Part shown: positions 1 through 13,720 of the stretch, in pieces
How positions within the stretch are numbered: the first letter of the stretch is position 1
Layout: the number at the start of each line of letters is the position of its first letter
Assembly: GCA_013265495.1 (NCBI GenBank)
Contig: MU061579.1
Span: 4,773,146-4,837,145, forward strand
Direction: 5' to 3'
Length of the DNA: 64,000 bases
DNA from: Vicugna vicugna
Lineage: Eukaryota
The notes under the pieces: model-generated
What the model was told of the DNA's origin: nothing
What the model saw: only the letters and a program-made list of their open reading frames with translations
Databases searched by the model: none
Made by a program: the position numbers and the translations under genes

Positions 1-1333
1 TGTTCTTCAGTAACAAAAAGCCAGGACCTTAGATCAGGAGTTGGATACAAAATACAGATTTAGAGCTGAGCTCACTGGAAGCACTATTTATTTTTACAGC
101 TTTAAAATTGGCAATCACATCATTTAGAAGAGAAAACAGAATCCTCATCATGTCTTTACGTTAGGCATTTAACAAACATTTGTCAGCAAACTTCTATGAT
201 TAATTTGATTTCAACCCCTCGGGAAAGATTGCTTTAAAAACATTTATGGTATGATTAATTGAATTTTAGAAATTTGATTAATACTTAGACTTCAGAGATT
301 TTTAAATACATTATTAAAATGAATTTTACTTGAGTTTTAATAATTCCATGACTGTTCCTTTTCAGCCACTGTTATTTGCTTCAGACTGCAAAATTCAGTA
401 AGAAGAAAATTTGCATTCAATAGAACTGGGAGGTATTGGGCCTTTTAGTCTGGAAATGAATAACATGCCTGTGTAGAGATGACAGTGATTTAAGGCCGTG
501 AGAACAGGTCTTTATTTACCTGCCAGACACAGTCTCTGGTCTGGATGCAGTAAATATTTTGTAATTTTATTGGAAACTATAACATCCTTGCACTCACAAA
601 AGGCAGTTTTCTATGCAGTATTACATGACATCTTCTCAGTAATGATAAATTAGATTCAACCTCCAAAATAGCCAAACCTAACCATTTATAAGGAAAATGG
701 ATACTGAAGCAATTTTACTTTTCAAAACAGCAATCTTCACATTTCTGGTCTGCTGCCAGAGTAATTCTCTTAGGAATACATTAAGTTTGTTTGTGGGAAA
801 AGGAAATATAACTCCATAGTACTTATTGAGTACCTACTATGTTTCAAACAGCATGCCATACTGTGCTATGCATTTTAATTCTACTATCTGGTAGACCCCG
901 ACAATAACCCATGAGTTGAATGGTGCTGTCCTTACATTGCTCCTGCAGAGACAGACTCTTAAGAAAGGGCAATTTTCTAAATTCACACAACAAGTGGGTG
1001 GCTTTCAACACAGACCACATTACTTCCCTGCCAACAAGAACCATCTTAATGAAAACATCAATTTATTTGTCCATAGGAACACAAATTTTACATAAAAATT
1101 ATACATATGTAATACACACATATACATACATATATATCCAGGTGAGATTGCATGCAGGGAGCTTGTATATCATTAAAATGAGTGGAGAATTTATGCATCT
1201 CCAGTGATTCCAAAAATACATAAAACATTTGTTAATCACTTTAGACAGAAGAAAGAAACTTGCATTTTACCTGAACCTTTCAATTTCTAGCATATGCATG
1301 AAAACTGCCAAGATTTTTAATAAACAAGTACTT

Positions 1334-1875
1334 TGTATTATGTTCTTGTGACTGCTGTAACAAATTAACATAAAATTAGTGACTTAAAACAACATAAATG
1401 TATTCTTTTATAGTTCTGCAGGCCAGAATTCCAATCTGTATCACTGGCCAAAATCAAGATGTTTGCAAGGCCCATTATATTTGGGGGCTCCAGGGGAAAG
1501 TTTATTCCTTATTTCTTTCAGCCCCTGATAACTAATGGCATTTCTTGGTTTTGGCCACATCAATCTAATCTCTGCCTCTGGCTTCACATTACCTTTAGTT
1601 TTGTGTTTGTGTGTCAGGGCATGTGCACGTGTGTGTTTGTGGTTATGTGGGGGGGAGGGGAAGGTGTTTATGCATCAAATTTCCCTCTGCCTCTGACTTG
1701 TAAGGATTCATGTGATGGCATTTAGAGCCTATCCAAATAATCCAGGATAATCCCTCCATTTTAAGATTCTGAAATTAATCACATCAGCCAAGATCCTTTT
1801 TCCAAATAAGATAACATTTACATGTTCCAGAGATTGAGGTATGATATATTTGAGGGCCATTATCAGCCTGTAACA
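1334..1875 (-). mobile_element. MaLR solo LTR (MLT1C/D-like)
   Basis: TG...CA ends (tgtattatgttc...cctgtaaca). Characteristic MLT1 blocks: 'ctgctgtaacaaattaaca', 'tagttctgcaggccagaattcc', 'ataatccaggataatccctcc', 'ttttccaaataagataacatt'. Confidence 0.85.
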
Positions 1876-2469
1876 TGCTGTTGATATTTCTGTAATTTCT
1901 TCGCTTACTCTTGTACTGTTGATCTTGGAGGAAATTCATTTATCCCCTAAATTTGCACTAATAGATTCATTTCACTGTTTATTTCATAATTTCCTACAAA
2001 GGAGTGTCTTTGACTAGGAAATCCTCAAAAGAGCAAAGTGTTGTTTGTTGGACAGTGGCACAAGGCAGCAGATTGAGATGACACTGGCAACATTATACTT
2101 ATGTCAGTTTCAGCTAAGACAAATAAAAAGAATCCTTAAAACTACTGTGCACAATTTCACTCAGATTTAAGCACCTCTAGTTCATCAAGATAAAAGGGTC
2201 AACTGTTTATACTCTCTTTTTCCAAACCCTGTCTAAAATAGGCTGTTATATATTTACAATTCATATTTCTACCGGAATGGTCCCTGTCTTTTTTTCTGGT
2301 CCTGTCTCTTTTCTACCTTCTTTCAGTGACTGCACCATTTTTAAGGGGGGGTATCTAATCCACATATTTGAAATGGGATTGAAACTACCTCGGTCCATAC
2401 TGGTGGCCATGCAACATTTCTAGAAACTTAAAATTATCCCAAACATAAAATTTACTGGAAAATAAGTAC

Positions 2470-3480
2470 TCAGGAAAAATAATATCTATGAAAGAAACAC
2501 AAAGGAGAAGCAAAAATATATAAAACCAATTTCCTTGGAGAAGAGAATATAAAAGAATAGGGAAAAGAGGAAGAGAAAATTTAAGAATTGACAGGAGTAA
2601 GAGAAACTTGAATCTACAGATTTAAAGAGCACACAATGTTCCATGAAATTTGACACAAAATGCTAAAATATATGTCAAGTAGGTATCTCCGTAAAGATAA
2701 TAAATCTTAAAGACAAGGGAAGAATCCCCATCAGTTATCTAGATGGAAATATCAAGTCATTTTCAAAGGAAAAAAAAAATCAGTCTGTCTTCCTCCATCT
2801 CCTTCACAACATAACTTTTTCATGAAAATCAAGAATGTCTGCAAAATTCTATGTCCAGGCAGGATGACACTCAAGTCAGTTTTGAACATGGAAGCCGTTT
2901 TTAATAGAACACGGAAGCCATTTTTAATATACAAAATCTATTCAAACTATATGATATATATAAAGCTTTCTTGAAGGCACTATCAGATGAGCTTTTGCTA
3001 ACTAGGAAATTAAGGGAGAAATTTGTTAAAAGAACTATTATTGAGCAATAAATCCATTTATTTGTATGGATTAAACTAAAACAAATGTGAGCATTATAAA
3101 TATGCAAAAGAATGTAGTGTTATAAAATATGATTGTGTAGAAATAATATGTTCTTTAGAAATTTGAAGAGATGGGGAAAAGTGGAAGTGATGATGGTTTT
3201 CTCTTTCATGGAAACAGTGTCAAAAATATCTAAAGACAATACATTAAATAAGAGAAGTACAGAGTTATAAATGTGATCTGTAGTAACATAACAGAACCAT
3301 GGAAAATGTGGGGAGAAAAAGTAGGGAAGGGTGAAAACCAATTTCCTCTCTGTTCAGTGAGAAGTCAGTAGACATTGAAGAAATAAACAATTAAGAATAT
3401 TGTATAAAAACCTGGTTGTGAAGGTGCCCACTAGAACAAAAATACAATGATTTCCTAAAAGAATATACTACATAAAAACA
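2470..3480 (+). mobile_element. Ancient HAL1 / L1M ORF1-like fragment, decayed
   Basis: A-rich plus strand with L1 ORF1-type remnants ('gaatctacagatttaaagagcacacaatgttcca', 'caagtcattttcaaaggaaaaaaaaaatcagtctg'). No open frame. Confidence 0.55.
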
Positions 3481-3499
3481 ATGCAAACACTACCTAGGT

Positions 3500-3735
3500 T
3501 AAAAAAATTCAAACCAGTGTATATATTATGCTACTATTCATGTAAGATAAATATACATGAAGATGATTATCTATGCACAGATTAAAAGACCACACAAAGA
3601 CTAAGTAAGGATGATTGCTGCTGAGAATAGCTGATCAGATAGGAAAAAAAGTGGAGAGAGACAAAGTTTTCATTTCATTTCATCCTGAATTTTTTAAAAA
3701 TTTTATGATAAATGTATACTGCCTACTAGCATTTA
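3500..3735 (+). mobile_element. Old L1ME-like 3' end fragment
   Basis: 'aaaccagtgtatatattatgctactattcatgtaa' and terminal 'aaatgtatactgcctact' resemble decayed L1ME 3' UTRs. Confidence 0.4.
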
Positions 3736-4570
3736 ATAAGTCTATGGCAGAAATCAACAAATTAGCAAAGAAGTTTCATGTGGAATGAGTGTGCATTTCA
3801 GGAAATACCTGATATACTTTGTCTTGGTTCACACTGTATTCCACAAACAGCTCTGGATCCCTGTCCATATATGGCTGATGTCAAATGTGGAAACTGTATG
3901 ATTACTGACTGAACAAAATCTCAAAGTGCCTAGGATGTTGAATATTTATCAATATTTTTATCTACTGAAAACTTTCTTTTTTGGGGGCCACATTAAAAAT
4001 TATTCCATTCTCAACTGATCTGTGCCCTGGAGTCTTTAAGTTGAGAAAAAGAAGACAAAAGATACAATAAGAGAGAAGCAGGAAGTGGGGAGATCAGGTG
4101 AGACTTCCAGAGAGAAAATGATTGACGGCAATAGAGAGGGCAGAGAGGATATGCACCCTGGCCGGAGGCGACAGTCCAGATTAATGAAAGGCATCCACGC
4201 CTGAAGCTGCTATCTCTCACTTTCAACTGTTCTGCTGCTCTCCTAAGGGAAGCTGGTTGACAAACACAGTTATAAGTGATAAATGACATCTGTGAGCATT
4301 TGAAAAAAAAATACTTAAATGTGGAGGATATACTAAAGTAATTTTTTTTAAATCAGTATTATATTGAAAGACAGACAAGTGGCTCAATGTTTACTTTGAA
4401 GAACTAGGCAGCCGTGCTTTAAATCCTTGAACTACACCCCCACAAAATACTAACGATGTAAAGCCCTTAAATTTTTGCATGGATATGACCATCTCTATAT
4501 GACATTGTGTACAAAAGCCTGTCAATTTTGTATATGGTAATGTGGTCCAGTAGAAAGATCACTGGACTTA

Positions 4571-4709
4571 TTGTTGTATTATTTAATTATTTTATTTTGG
4601 TGGGGTGGTGGGAATTAGATTTATTTTTAGAGGAGGCACTGGGGATTGAACACAGGACCTCTTCCATGCTAAGCACATACTCTACCATTTCAGCTATACC
4701 CTCCCCTCT
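4571..4709 (-). mobile_element. tRNA-derived SINE (camelid Vic-1-like) with 15-bp TSD
   Basis: Minus strand reads ggggagggtatagctgaaatggtagag...tgttcaatcccc (Pol III A and B boxes) followed by an A-rich tail. TSD agatcactggactta (4556-4570) / agatcattggactta (4710-4724), 1 mismatch. Confidence 0.9.
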
Positions 4710-6689
4710 AGATCATTGGACTTAAAGTCAAGGATACTGCATCTTAGTTCCTGGATTTGCCCTATTTGGTGTAATTGAGATTAGATTTGGGTTCTAAGTT
4801 CTGCCCCCATCATCCACTATCCAATGTTTATCCCAGTCAGAAAGAAGACATTCTATGTATTTAAGCTAGAAATTATTGAGTTCCCAGAATCAGGTGTTTG
4901 TACAACCACTAGAAAGGCTGTGGTACTGTAAATTAGAGAAACTTATGCTAGCCAATTCTGTTATAGATTAAATGATGAGAGGACAATTAAATCATGAGAG
5001 GAAAATTAACAGTAAATGCCAAAAATCAGTTGATAAATCAAGAGCCCAGCTAGCTGCCTTTAAATTCTTCATTTTTGAACATGTGGGATGCTACAAGACG
5101 AGCCTTGTAAAAGTTAGTGTTCATACTCCCGGCTCAGAGGATTTCTCTAGGCTCCTTTTTCTAATTGTCTGCAGTTCTTGATATTTAGAAGCATTAGTTA
5201 CACAGTAGCTTTCAGCCGCCTCTTACATGGATTATTTGTTTGACTCAGACAAACCCTTTAAATGGGCTGATTTTGGTTTCAATATCTCCCTGATGCCTTA
5301 TCTCAGATCCAATACATAGGATATGCCCTGAAGCACAGGGTGTGAGTGTCCTTATCCCAATATCCCAGTATGCTTCTTTGCTAAGGGGAGACAAGACCAT
5401 AAAGCCATTTCAAGAAGAATAAGATGGTACTTTGCCTTTTGATAAAGTTTATTGATTTTATGTCAATTTATGAAAGAAATACTATTTGAAGAGATAAAAA
5501 TTACCTTATATATTCTCTGCATTTACTAAAACATGATACAGTGATTCGTATAAATAAAGTAATAGAAAAAAGTATTAAAATAGTAAATTTGTGACACTGG
5601 GTTATACATGAATGTGACTAATTGAATTTAAATTATCATCTAAAAATGGACATTAATTTATACTAATATCCTTCTAAATGTCTATGAGTTATACATAATA
5701 CCTAGATTAATCTGCTGATGATTTATCACACTGAAATGTTTCCTCATAGTATAGGAAAGAAATTAATCATCATCAAATTAACATTTCAGTGACCATTAGA
5801 CCAATGAATAGATCATTAGATCAATAACCAGTCCTCACCAAATAGGTATGTAAACATGTATTAAGATCTATCTAACCATATATCTAGCCTGGTAAAAATC
5901 TTTTGATAAATTGAAGCTGTAGCTTGTCCTCAAAGAATTTCTTTGAAAATAAGGTGCTCTGGAATTGGTAGATCAAAGATGTACACAATGCTTGTAAAGT
6001 TGGGAAAGACATTAGAAAAGTGTGGCCCATCTCTCATCTTTACACATATGATGCATGATATTCAGAGGGAATGGAATTACTGACCTAAAATCATGAAATT
6101 TCTTTGTGATGAGGAATGACATGTTCCCTGAGATCTGATTCATTGCACTTATACACCCAATTCTAGGTAAAGAAAAGTTAAATTTTACTTGTGAAATAAA
6201 TATGGCTAGGCAAAAGAATGTCCTAAACATTAGCTGTTCTTCCATGTTAAATATATAAAAATCCCTGCTTTTGATAGGTTAAGTATGTAATAGGATCCTA
6301 GTATGCATGATTTGATAGAAATTTGAAAGAAAGTGTGATTTTGTTAGTGAATTGAATTATTGTAAACTATTAAATATTCTATAAAATAATTATAACCAGT
6401 GACATTCTACATGGATCATATTTTTATTTAGAACAAGTTTGGTTATAGTGTAGGTTAAAACTATTTGTGACTCTTTGGCCTAATATTTGTGATTGTGATA
6501 TTCGTTGCATATAGCATTGTAGACATTTCAGAAATATCAACAAAGAAGTGTTTATATCAGTTCATTTACTATCCTGTGTACCTATCACCAAAGAATGCTC
6601 ACCAACTACTTGACTCAAATGTTAGTAGTGGAAATGAAAACCTTACCTTGCCCCAAGAATAAAAATGAACTGGATATTTTGAAGGCTAA

Positions 6690-7015
6690 GATATTTTAGT
6701 GGCTACTGGTGCAGAATATTTCTCTATGGTGGTAGAAATCAGAAGAGATTGCCACTACAGGTAGAGGATCAGAGGTTAACTGGGAATGAGTATGGAGGAC
6801 TGTGTTTATGGTATGCTGTTAATGGAATCGAAAGATAGAAACTAATTCTAGAGTTCAATCCCATTTCTGCAATAATAATACTAATAGGGATCATGCTGGA
6901 AAGATACCCCAAAATTACATCATGGTTCTCTCTATCATGGAATTTAGGGTGATTAAAATTTGTATCAAGTCTGTATTAATTGTTGTTTAATGTTTCTATT
7001 ATGATAGTGTGTTAT
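6690..7015 (+). mobile_element. Old L1ME/MD-like 3' end fragments
   Basis: 'ctctatggtggtagaaatcagaagagattgccact...gaggttaactgggaatgagtatggagga' resembles L1M 3' UTR. Confidence 0.4.
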
Positions 7016-7799
7016 TTGGCACTGTCATAGAGGGGAAAAAGAAGGAAGCTGGATAAATTTCAAGATAGTCAAACTTTCCCTTTATTTTTTGTGATATTGA
7101 GCAGTTACTTTAAAATATCCACAGGCTTTGACAGAGTATAAAACATGATTAGATTTTCACCAGCAGCTCATGTGGCTGAGAATAACACAAGAGGCATAAT
7201 TGACCTTCAGACTAGAACTGAATGCCAGAAGAAATGTTCATCAAAGAAGAAATCCTATAAAGAGAAATTTCCTGGACCAGTAGCCAAAGAAAATTTTAGG
7301 TATCAAAATACTCTAGTCTGTTCTTATGCGAAGGGCAGAACTAAATCGTATCTTGAAATAAAGCTTTAGCCTTTATTTTCTCTTGTGTAATTATATCTTT
7401 ATTAGAATTCTCATTGATTTTAAATTAAATATTAAATAGGTGTGAAACACAGCTCTTAGATTTCCATATTATTCTCCTCTGCCCTCAACATATATAAAAA
7501 GGAGCATATGTATATCCTTCTCTCCCTCTCTTTAGCGAAGATGGAAAGATAAAGAAAGAGAGAGGACAGCTTATGGGAAACATAGATTTTTATTCTGCCT
7601 ACTTATCGCCTCTATTAGACATGATTTTGTGTGTGTATGAGCATTCACAACATTTGATTAGATGTTGCCCATGTAAATCTCACACATTGCCATCACGGGC
7701 AGTAGACATGAGCTAGCGGCAGCCGAAAGATAAATAGAACCACGTGGTGCCTGTGATTTACCTAAAGAGTGAGAGGGGATATTAAGAATGGCTGACTTT

Positions 7800-8975
7800 C
7801 CACTACCAAGTAAGCTTATAGGTCCAGAGGAAGAAGCTGAACAAAAAGTTACCTGATTGTATTAGTTATGGTTGGCTACATTGGTCAAGTTACTACAAGA
7901 ACTGTCCTATAACAAAGAGGAAGGAATGAAACAATAAAAACAGAGTGAAAGAGTCCAGAAATCCGGAGTCCTTCTTGCAAATTTGGAAGAAGTAATTGCT
8001 TCTCTTATGAAGTCAGGGAAAAAAAAAAATCGAACTGAGAAGACCTTTGAGCAAAAAAGGCCAATTAGACTCACTCTTGTAGCAAGAATCAAGTCAGGAC
8101 ACAGCTGTCACATTCATTCTCAAAAGCTCTGATTCGATTTAGGTGTCTTAGATCAAAGACTCAGTTCTCTCTACGGGACATAAGGACTCAGAAAAAGTAG
8201 AGTGAAAACACGTTTTTCCAAAGAAACCAAATATATTTAAGATACTAGCTATTAGGAGAGGAGAGTAAGCAGAGTCAAAAAAGCAAAGATTTGTCACAAA
8301 TTTAAGAAATAACATATCAAAAATAAACATGGGTGAAGCTACTGGCACATGTTGCTGACTGTACTGAATTGATGAAAAGCCTGTTTTGAAGAGATTTCTA
8401 CCATCAATGAAATCATGGCTTAGACCAGAAAATATTGGTGGCTGATCAAGATCAGAATAGACCAGAAATACTAGAAATCTGACTTTTCAAGATCCTCAGT
8501 CTTCTAAGGGCAGGAAGCAGGCTGAAAAAGCTGTAGATTTTGCTGCTCCTTTTATCTGAGGCTAGGTAGGAAAACAGAGAGGAGAGATTACCCAGAGGAC
8601 TGAACCAAGAGGCCCAGAGAACAATGGAGTGAAGATCCCTCACCCTAACTGTCCAGGTAGATTTCAAATTTGATACACAAACCCGCAATTTCTTCTTCTG
8701 AACGAGGATGTTTGCTGAAATTTCCAGTTCCCTGGATACACTGTATAATGTGTCCCTCCAGTTTATAGATGTCTGGATCAAAAAAAATACATAGGGCTTT
8801 TTGATAAAGGGACTGATACAAGAAGTATCCTGACATAGCCATCAACTAGTAATACAATAAATCTTAGACATTAAGCTTGATGTGAGGAGCAGATGGCAAT
8901 TCAGTGATACCTCTCTCAGGGAGGGATAGTACCTTTTGTGTGCATAGTGAAAGCAGAACCACATGTTTGGTGACC
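7800..8975 (+). mobile_element. Probable MaLR internal sequence (MLT1-int-like), decayed
   Basis: Purine-rich stretch with MLT1-int-like blocks ('ccaagaggcccagagaacaatgga', 'gtttatagatgtctggatcaa'), ending in 'tttggtgaccagagg' just before an MLT1-like LTR. The 5' boundary is uncertain. Confidence 0.45.
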
Positions 8976-9352
8976 AGAGGTTATTTTGCTCCTATAGTAG
9001 TCCCAAAGCTGGGAATAAGTGGTATTTATACTTCGAGGCACGCTTGTAGTTGAATGAAACCAACTGACACGTTCTGTTCAATGAGATGTGTGCAGAAAAG
9101 TGTCGGATGTCAATTTCAGAAAACATCATTTAATTACTCGATGAAGACGTTTCAGATCTCCATTTCCTTCTGGCACACTTACAAGCACTTGACATAGTTC
9201 TATCAGCTTGAGCTTATAAGTAACTGAATTAAGCAGAGCACACTTCATACCAATTCCTGGTTGCCCCATTATGTTTGAGAACTAAGATTTGTAGATTTGA
9301 ATCATTGAGGTGTGTTTTTTTTTTAATGCACCATCACTATTTCTAGCGATAG
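8976..9352 (+). mobile_element. Old MaLR LTR (MLT1I/J-like)
   Basis: 'gacacgttctgttcaatgagatgtgtgcagaaaagtg', 'ctatcagcttgagcttataagtaact', 'tgtttgagaactaagattt' resemble old MLT1 LTR motifs. Confidence 0.55.
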
Positions 9353-9354
9353 GT

Positions 9355-9500
9355 TTATAATGGCATTACTGCCCCCTTTGCAGACAAAGAGACAAAGGTT
9401 TGAGGAGGTATATGATTTGCCTAAGATCATTCAGTCATCTAGCTACTATACACAGAATTGCTATTTGAACTCTTGTCTGCTTCTAAAATGCACTTTATTT
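9355..9500 (-). mobile_element. MIR SINE
   Basis: Reverse MIR core 'cccctttgcagacaaagagacaaaggtttgaggaggtatatgatttgcctaagatcattcag'. Confidence 0.7.
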
Positions 9501-12500
9501 TTTGCTTTTACCTCACTGCACTTTGAAACATATCTAATCATCCTAAGTACCTTAAATGCAATAATCTGGTTACCATACGTCTGTTACTTAATCTGAAGGC
9601 TCCTCTGTTCCGGTCACGTTATGAAAACTGCCATCAGCCACAAATGTTTCATCAATGGGCAGACTTTTAATCCAAGTGAGGGAGTCTTACTTTCTTACTC
9701 TTACCCTATTGTTGACCAGAGGTACACTTTGGGGACAATTTTCAGAGCCAAAAGCAATATAGAACTATTTGCAGCCAAACTTTCTTCCTGTTGAGAAAAC
9801 CTGACTTCAATGAAATAGATGGAGGACTTTGCGAAGAGAATCCCTGATGTGAGAAACGAAAAGAAAACTCAGTGGCACTCAAGTCCTTATTCCAGTTCTT
9901 TTTGAGACCTCAAGTACAGCCTTTCTCATGATTTGAAATTATCTTTGTTTTTCGTAAATTTGTGAGTTTGCATTTCCCTAAAGTAGTTCCAGTTTTGATC
10001 GTGCCACTAATACCAAAGAGTTACAAAACTGTATCCGTAAAAGCCCATGGCATTACATTTTCAACCATTTCTATGCTCTCTATGTATTTTTTATTTAACT
10101 ACTAAGTGTTTATCACTTAATCAGTAAATTTTGAATTAAATTTGAATTTAAAATAGAATACTGTGTAGCCACTCAGAGAATCTACTAAGATGTTTTAAGC
10201 TTCAGTTGACCTTTAAATATTTACATGACAAAGAAAAAAAAGAGACTGGACAAATTAACTAAATCATGAATCGGTTCCTATTATGGTCAGATCCAAAGAT
10301 AAGATACTTAGAATTTTTTACTAGAATATTTTATTTAAAGTGCACCATCAAATAGGGCTCAAAATCTCATTTTTGGACTGTTTTTATTGAAACATAAATC
10401 ATTTAATTTTACATTTATAAGATTTTCATGGCCAATAGAGTGGAACAGATTAAATGAGAAAAAGAATACTAACTGTATTTATGATTGTATTACAAGTTGA
10501 GGAATTTTTTTTTTTCTTAACAGGCAGGGAAGAAAAGCATCACAAATTCCATGCAGGTTTCAGATAAGACTGTTTGAATAAAAGGATAACTTGTTCCCAG
10601 CTGACTAGAAGTTTATTGTTTGAAAAAAATATTAAATAATCTTAATTTGGCAAATTTAAATTCAATTGATTTCTTTCCTCTCTCACTCTCCTGTCTGGTG
10701 AAATTAAACCATCCAAGAGATACTTTGAACCAAATGAAGAATCTTTATTTAATTTTCCAGAAGGAAAACAGTATTAAGCTTCAGATATAGTTGTACCTGA
10801 GCTGTCCTCCAACTAAGGTTTAGATATTTTCATTTTGAAAGGATGATCGCAAATTTGGAGTGTGTGTGGTGTGGGAATAAGTCTATGTTATGAAATAAAA
10901 CATTTCATTCCTTTTAGTTTGAAAGTTTAAACTCAGAAAAGAGGTTACTTTGGTCAAGCCAAAATGTATCTTGTATTTGAATAGTAGCATCTCTCTGGAG
11001 ATATATTTATCCATTACTTATTCTTACCTTAGTTTTTATTATTATCTTTCAATTATAAGACTTAGAATATATATGTAACTGCCCTTATCATATACATATA
11101 AGTATATACATATATATAATCACCCTTATCCTTCACTGACTCTGTTGATTTTGAAATGTCACATTTTTGATTGAATAATTACCACCATACAATATAAAAA
11201 GCAAAAACATTACATGAAACATGCTTAATAATAAGAGATTACTCTAAGAATGCATATTGTAGAGGGTATATTCTAAAAACAAATTGTAAAGAACATATTT
11301 AAGGAATATATGTTGAAAAGGTCAAGTGATAAGATACACTAACAGTGGATAAAGCATGCTAGCACAGAGCATTAATGAATTCAGACTTTGCATATCCCAG
11401 AAACCTACACTGGATGTTCTTTGAGGTCTGTAGGATGGAGAAATTATGTAAAGGCAGTCAAACGCATGCCAGGTCTCAAGGAAGATAAATATGAAAATGT
11501 GATTAGAGGATGTAAATTACACAAAGAATCTGAAAAGTCAGTCCAGTTGTACTTTTCTAGCAGATAATCACTGACTAGAGCATTGTGTTCGCACTTCTCT
11601 TAAAGGGACATGTTATTAGCTGTAATGGGCACAGTGTGAGCTTCAACAAATCATTAACTACTTGTGGAACACGTTCTTTTCCCCATCTATGAGTCCTGTT
11701 ATTAAACCATGTCTGTAATGAATCAAGGAGCTAATTATTAGCAGCTGTGTTGCAGTTGTGACACTACTGGTTTTAGGAGAACAAAGAAAGCAAGGACTTC
11801 TCAAGGATCCAGAAATATAACTTTTTATCTGTTCGGGCACTGAACAAGGAAGGACGGTCAGCTTGGGACTGCTTCTGGGAATACTCACCTTGCTGCTTAC
11901 ATTGTGTGGATTTACAGAATTCTTAGACCACGGTTAGTCATTTAGAACATTTTCTTCCCAATAAAATAGGGAAAATAATGACGAGAGAATTTCCCATTGT
12001 CACAGTTAATTGTGGCAGACTCTGAAACAGAGAGAGCACTTTCCGAATCGGGGTCAGGGGTTTCTGTACTGTATATTGTTATCTTTGATAGCCCTTAAGA
12101 TATTGACCCTCCAACCCAACACCCATTCATTCACTATTTATTTAGCTAATATACAATATTTGAGTATCACTGTATGTCTCTCATTTTCCTTTATCTTTTT
12201 CAAATTACTTCAGAAAATATAGTAAATATATGATTAGAGAAATACATTTTTTTAATTTATCAAAATCCCTAGAATGTCAGCAAATGCTTCTATATTACAT
12301 ACATAGGTATACATATATACATACACATAACATTTAAGCATGAAGAGATAATAGATAGATAGAGATAGATAGGGAGATTGAGAGAGAGACAGAATTAGCA
12401 TTTCCATGGTTGATAATACTCTGTGTATTTTTATGTTTCGTTATTCATTCAATATAAATGTCTAGTATGTTCCTACATCCTGATAGGGTAGGATCTAGGG

Positions 12501-13339
12501 ATAATTCTGTAATTTTTAATATTATGTTTACCATTTACAATATATAATAAAATGGTTCTTCCTTTAAGATATTCACAATTTATTGATACAATATACCAGA
12601 CACACACATACACTCATAGAGATACAGTCAAATAAGTGCTAAGTAGAGATATACATCAAGTACTACAATACTAATCTATTCGAAATGAGATGTATAGAGA
12701 AAAAAATGTCTATACCAGTGAACATCACATTTTAATAGTATTTTTTCCCTATTTACAGACATTTTAGAACTCATGGGCAGTATAACCATTTGACTAATTA
12801 GATCAGTTGGATAACTTCTATTTCAGAACCACAATAGCTGGGAGAGAAATGAAAGCGCACGTGCCAGTGGGATACTTCCTTTTAAAACAGAAAGTTTAAA
12901 AGGATAAGCATGATTTATACCCTCTTAATCTCCCTTCCCCAAAGAAAGCAATGATTAGATCATCGAGGACCACTTGTGCATGGGGGTTAGGGGAGAGACT
13001 CCAGGCAGTCTGAGTTTGCTGACTGCACCACCACGGAGCAGCAGGGATGCTCCCAGGCTGCTCGCAGGGGTAATTATCACCTCTGAGGGAGCAGTGGTTC
13101 CGGAAATGATGCTCATCATCAGATAAAAGGGGAGGGCCCCTCACAAGCCTTCTATTCCAAGCTCTAAAGTTCTTTTGTTTTCAGAAGAAGCAGTTATGAA
13201 TTAAGGCCCACTGCTGTTCAAATAATTAGGATTTGTGGTGTTTAAGAATTACCTCCATTAGAGAAGTAAAATGGTATTAATAGTGTGGCTGCAAGCTGTG
13301 AAATATAGAAACATTACTTCCTAAGACAGCTGTTCAACT

Positions 13340-13720
13340 GCTGTTAAAATATGCAAACTTCCCCAGGAAAAAAAAAAATCTAGTCAATCAGTTCCTGGCT
13401 AGCAAACAACAATGAAGGAGAGAAATAATAGCCCCATAAAAAGAAGAGTTCTTTTGAGCTTTTGAAACAATTACAGCACAAACTAAATCACCAAGGGAAC
13501 AGAAAATCATTTTGGGATCAAGGAATTAAAGAGCAGGAATTAAGTGATCAAGACACAAAGGTGAATTAACAGAATGATAAGGAAAATAGCAATTCACAAG
13601 GGAAGTTCACATGAGAAGGAAAAACCTGATTTACTAGAGAAACAGCAAGTTTTAACATGATTCTTACAGGGATAAATATGTGGATAAGTGAAAAAAATTT
13701 TGTTTATTCAACCATCAAAA
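13340..13720 (+). mobile_element. Possible HAL1/L1 ORF1-like fragment
   Basis: Strongly A/G-biased stretch resembling decayed coiled-coil-coding sequence. No open frame. Confidence 0.3.

Noticed and set aside
4630..4706. tRNA-like sequence (also at about 36605-36677)
   Set aside because: SINE heads with A-rich tails and TSDs, not functional tRNA genes.
4800..5400. Possible old LTR fragment
   Set aside because: Resemblance too weak to assign a family or boundaries.
10524..10556. Candidate 33-nt micro-exon after a poly-T acceptor
   Set aside because: The donor (CAG|GTTTCA) is poor and the T tract is simple sequence.
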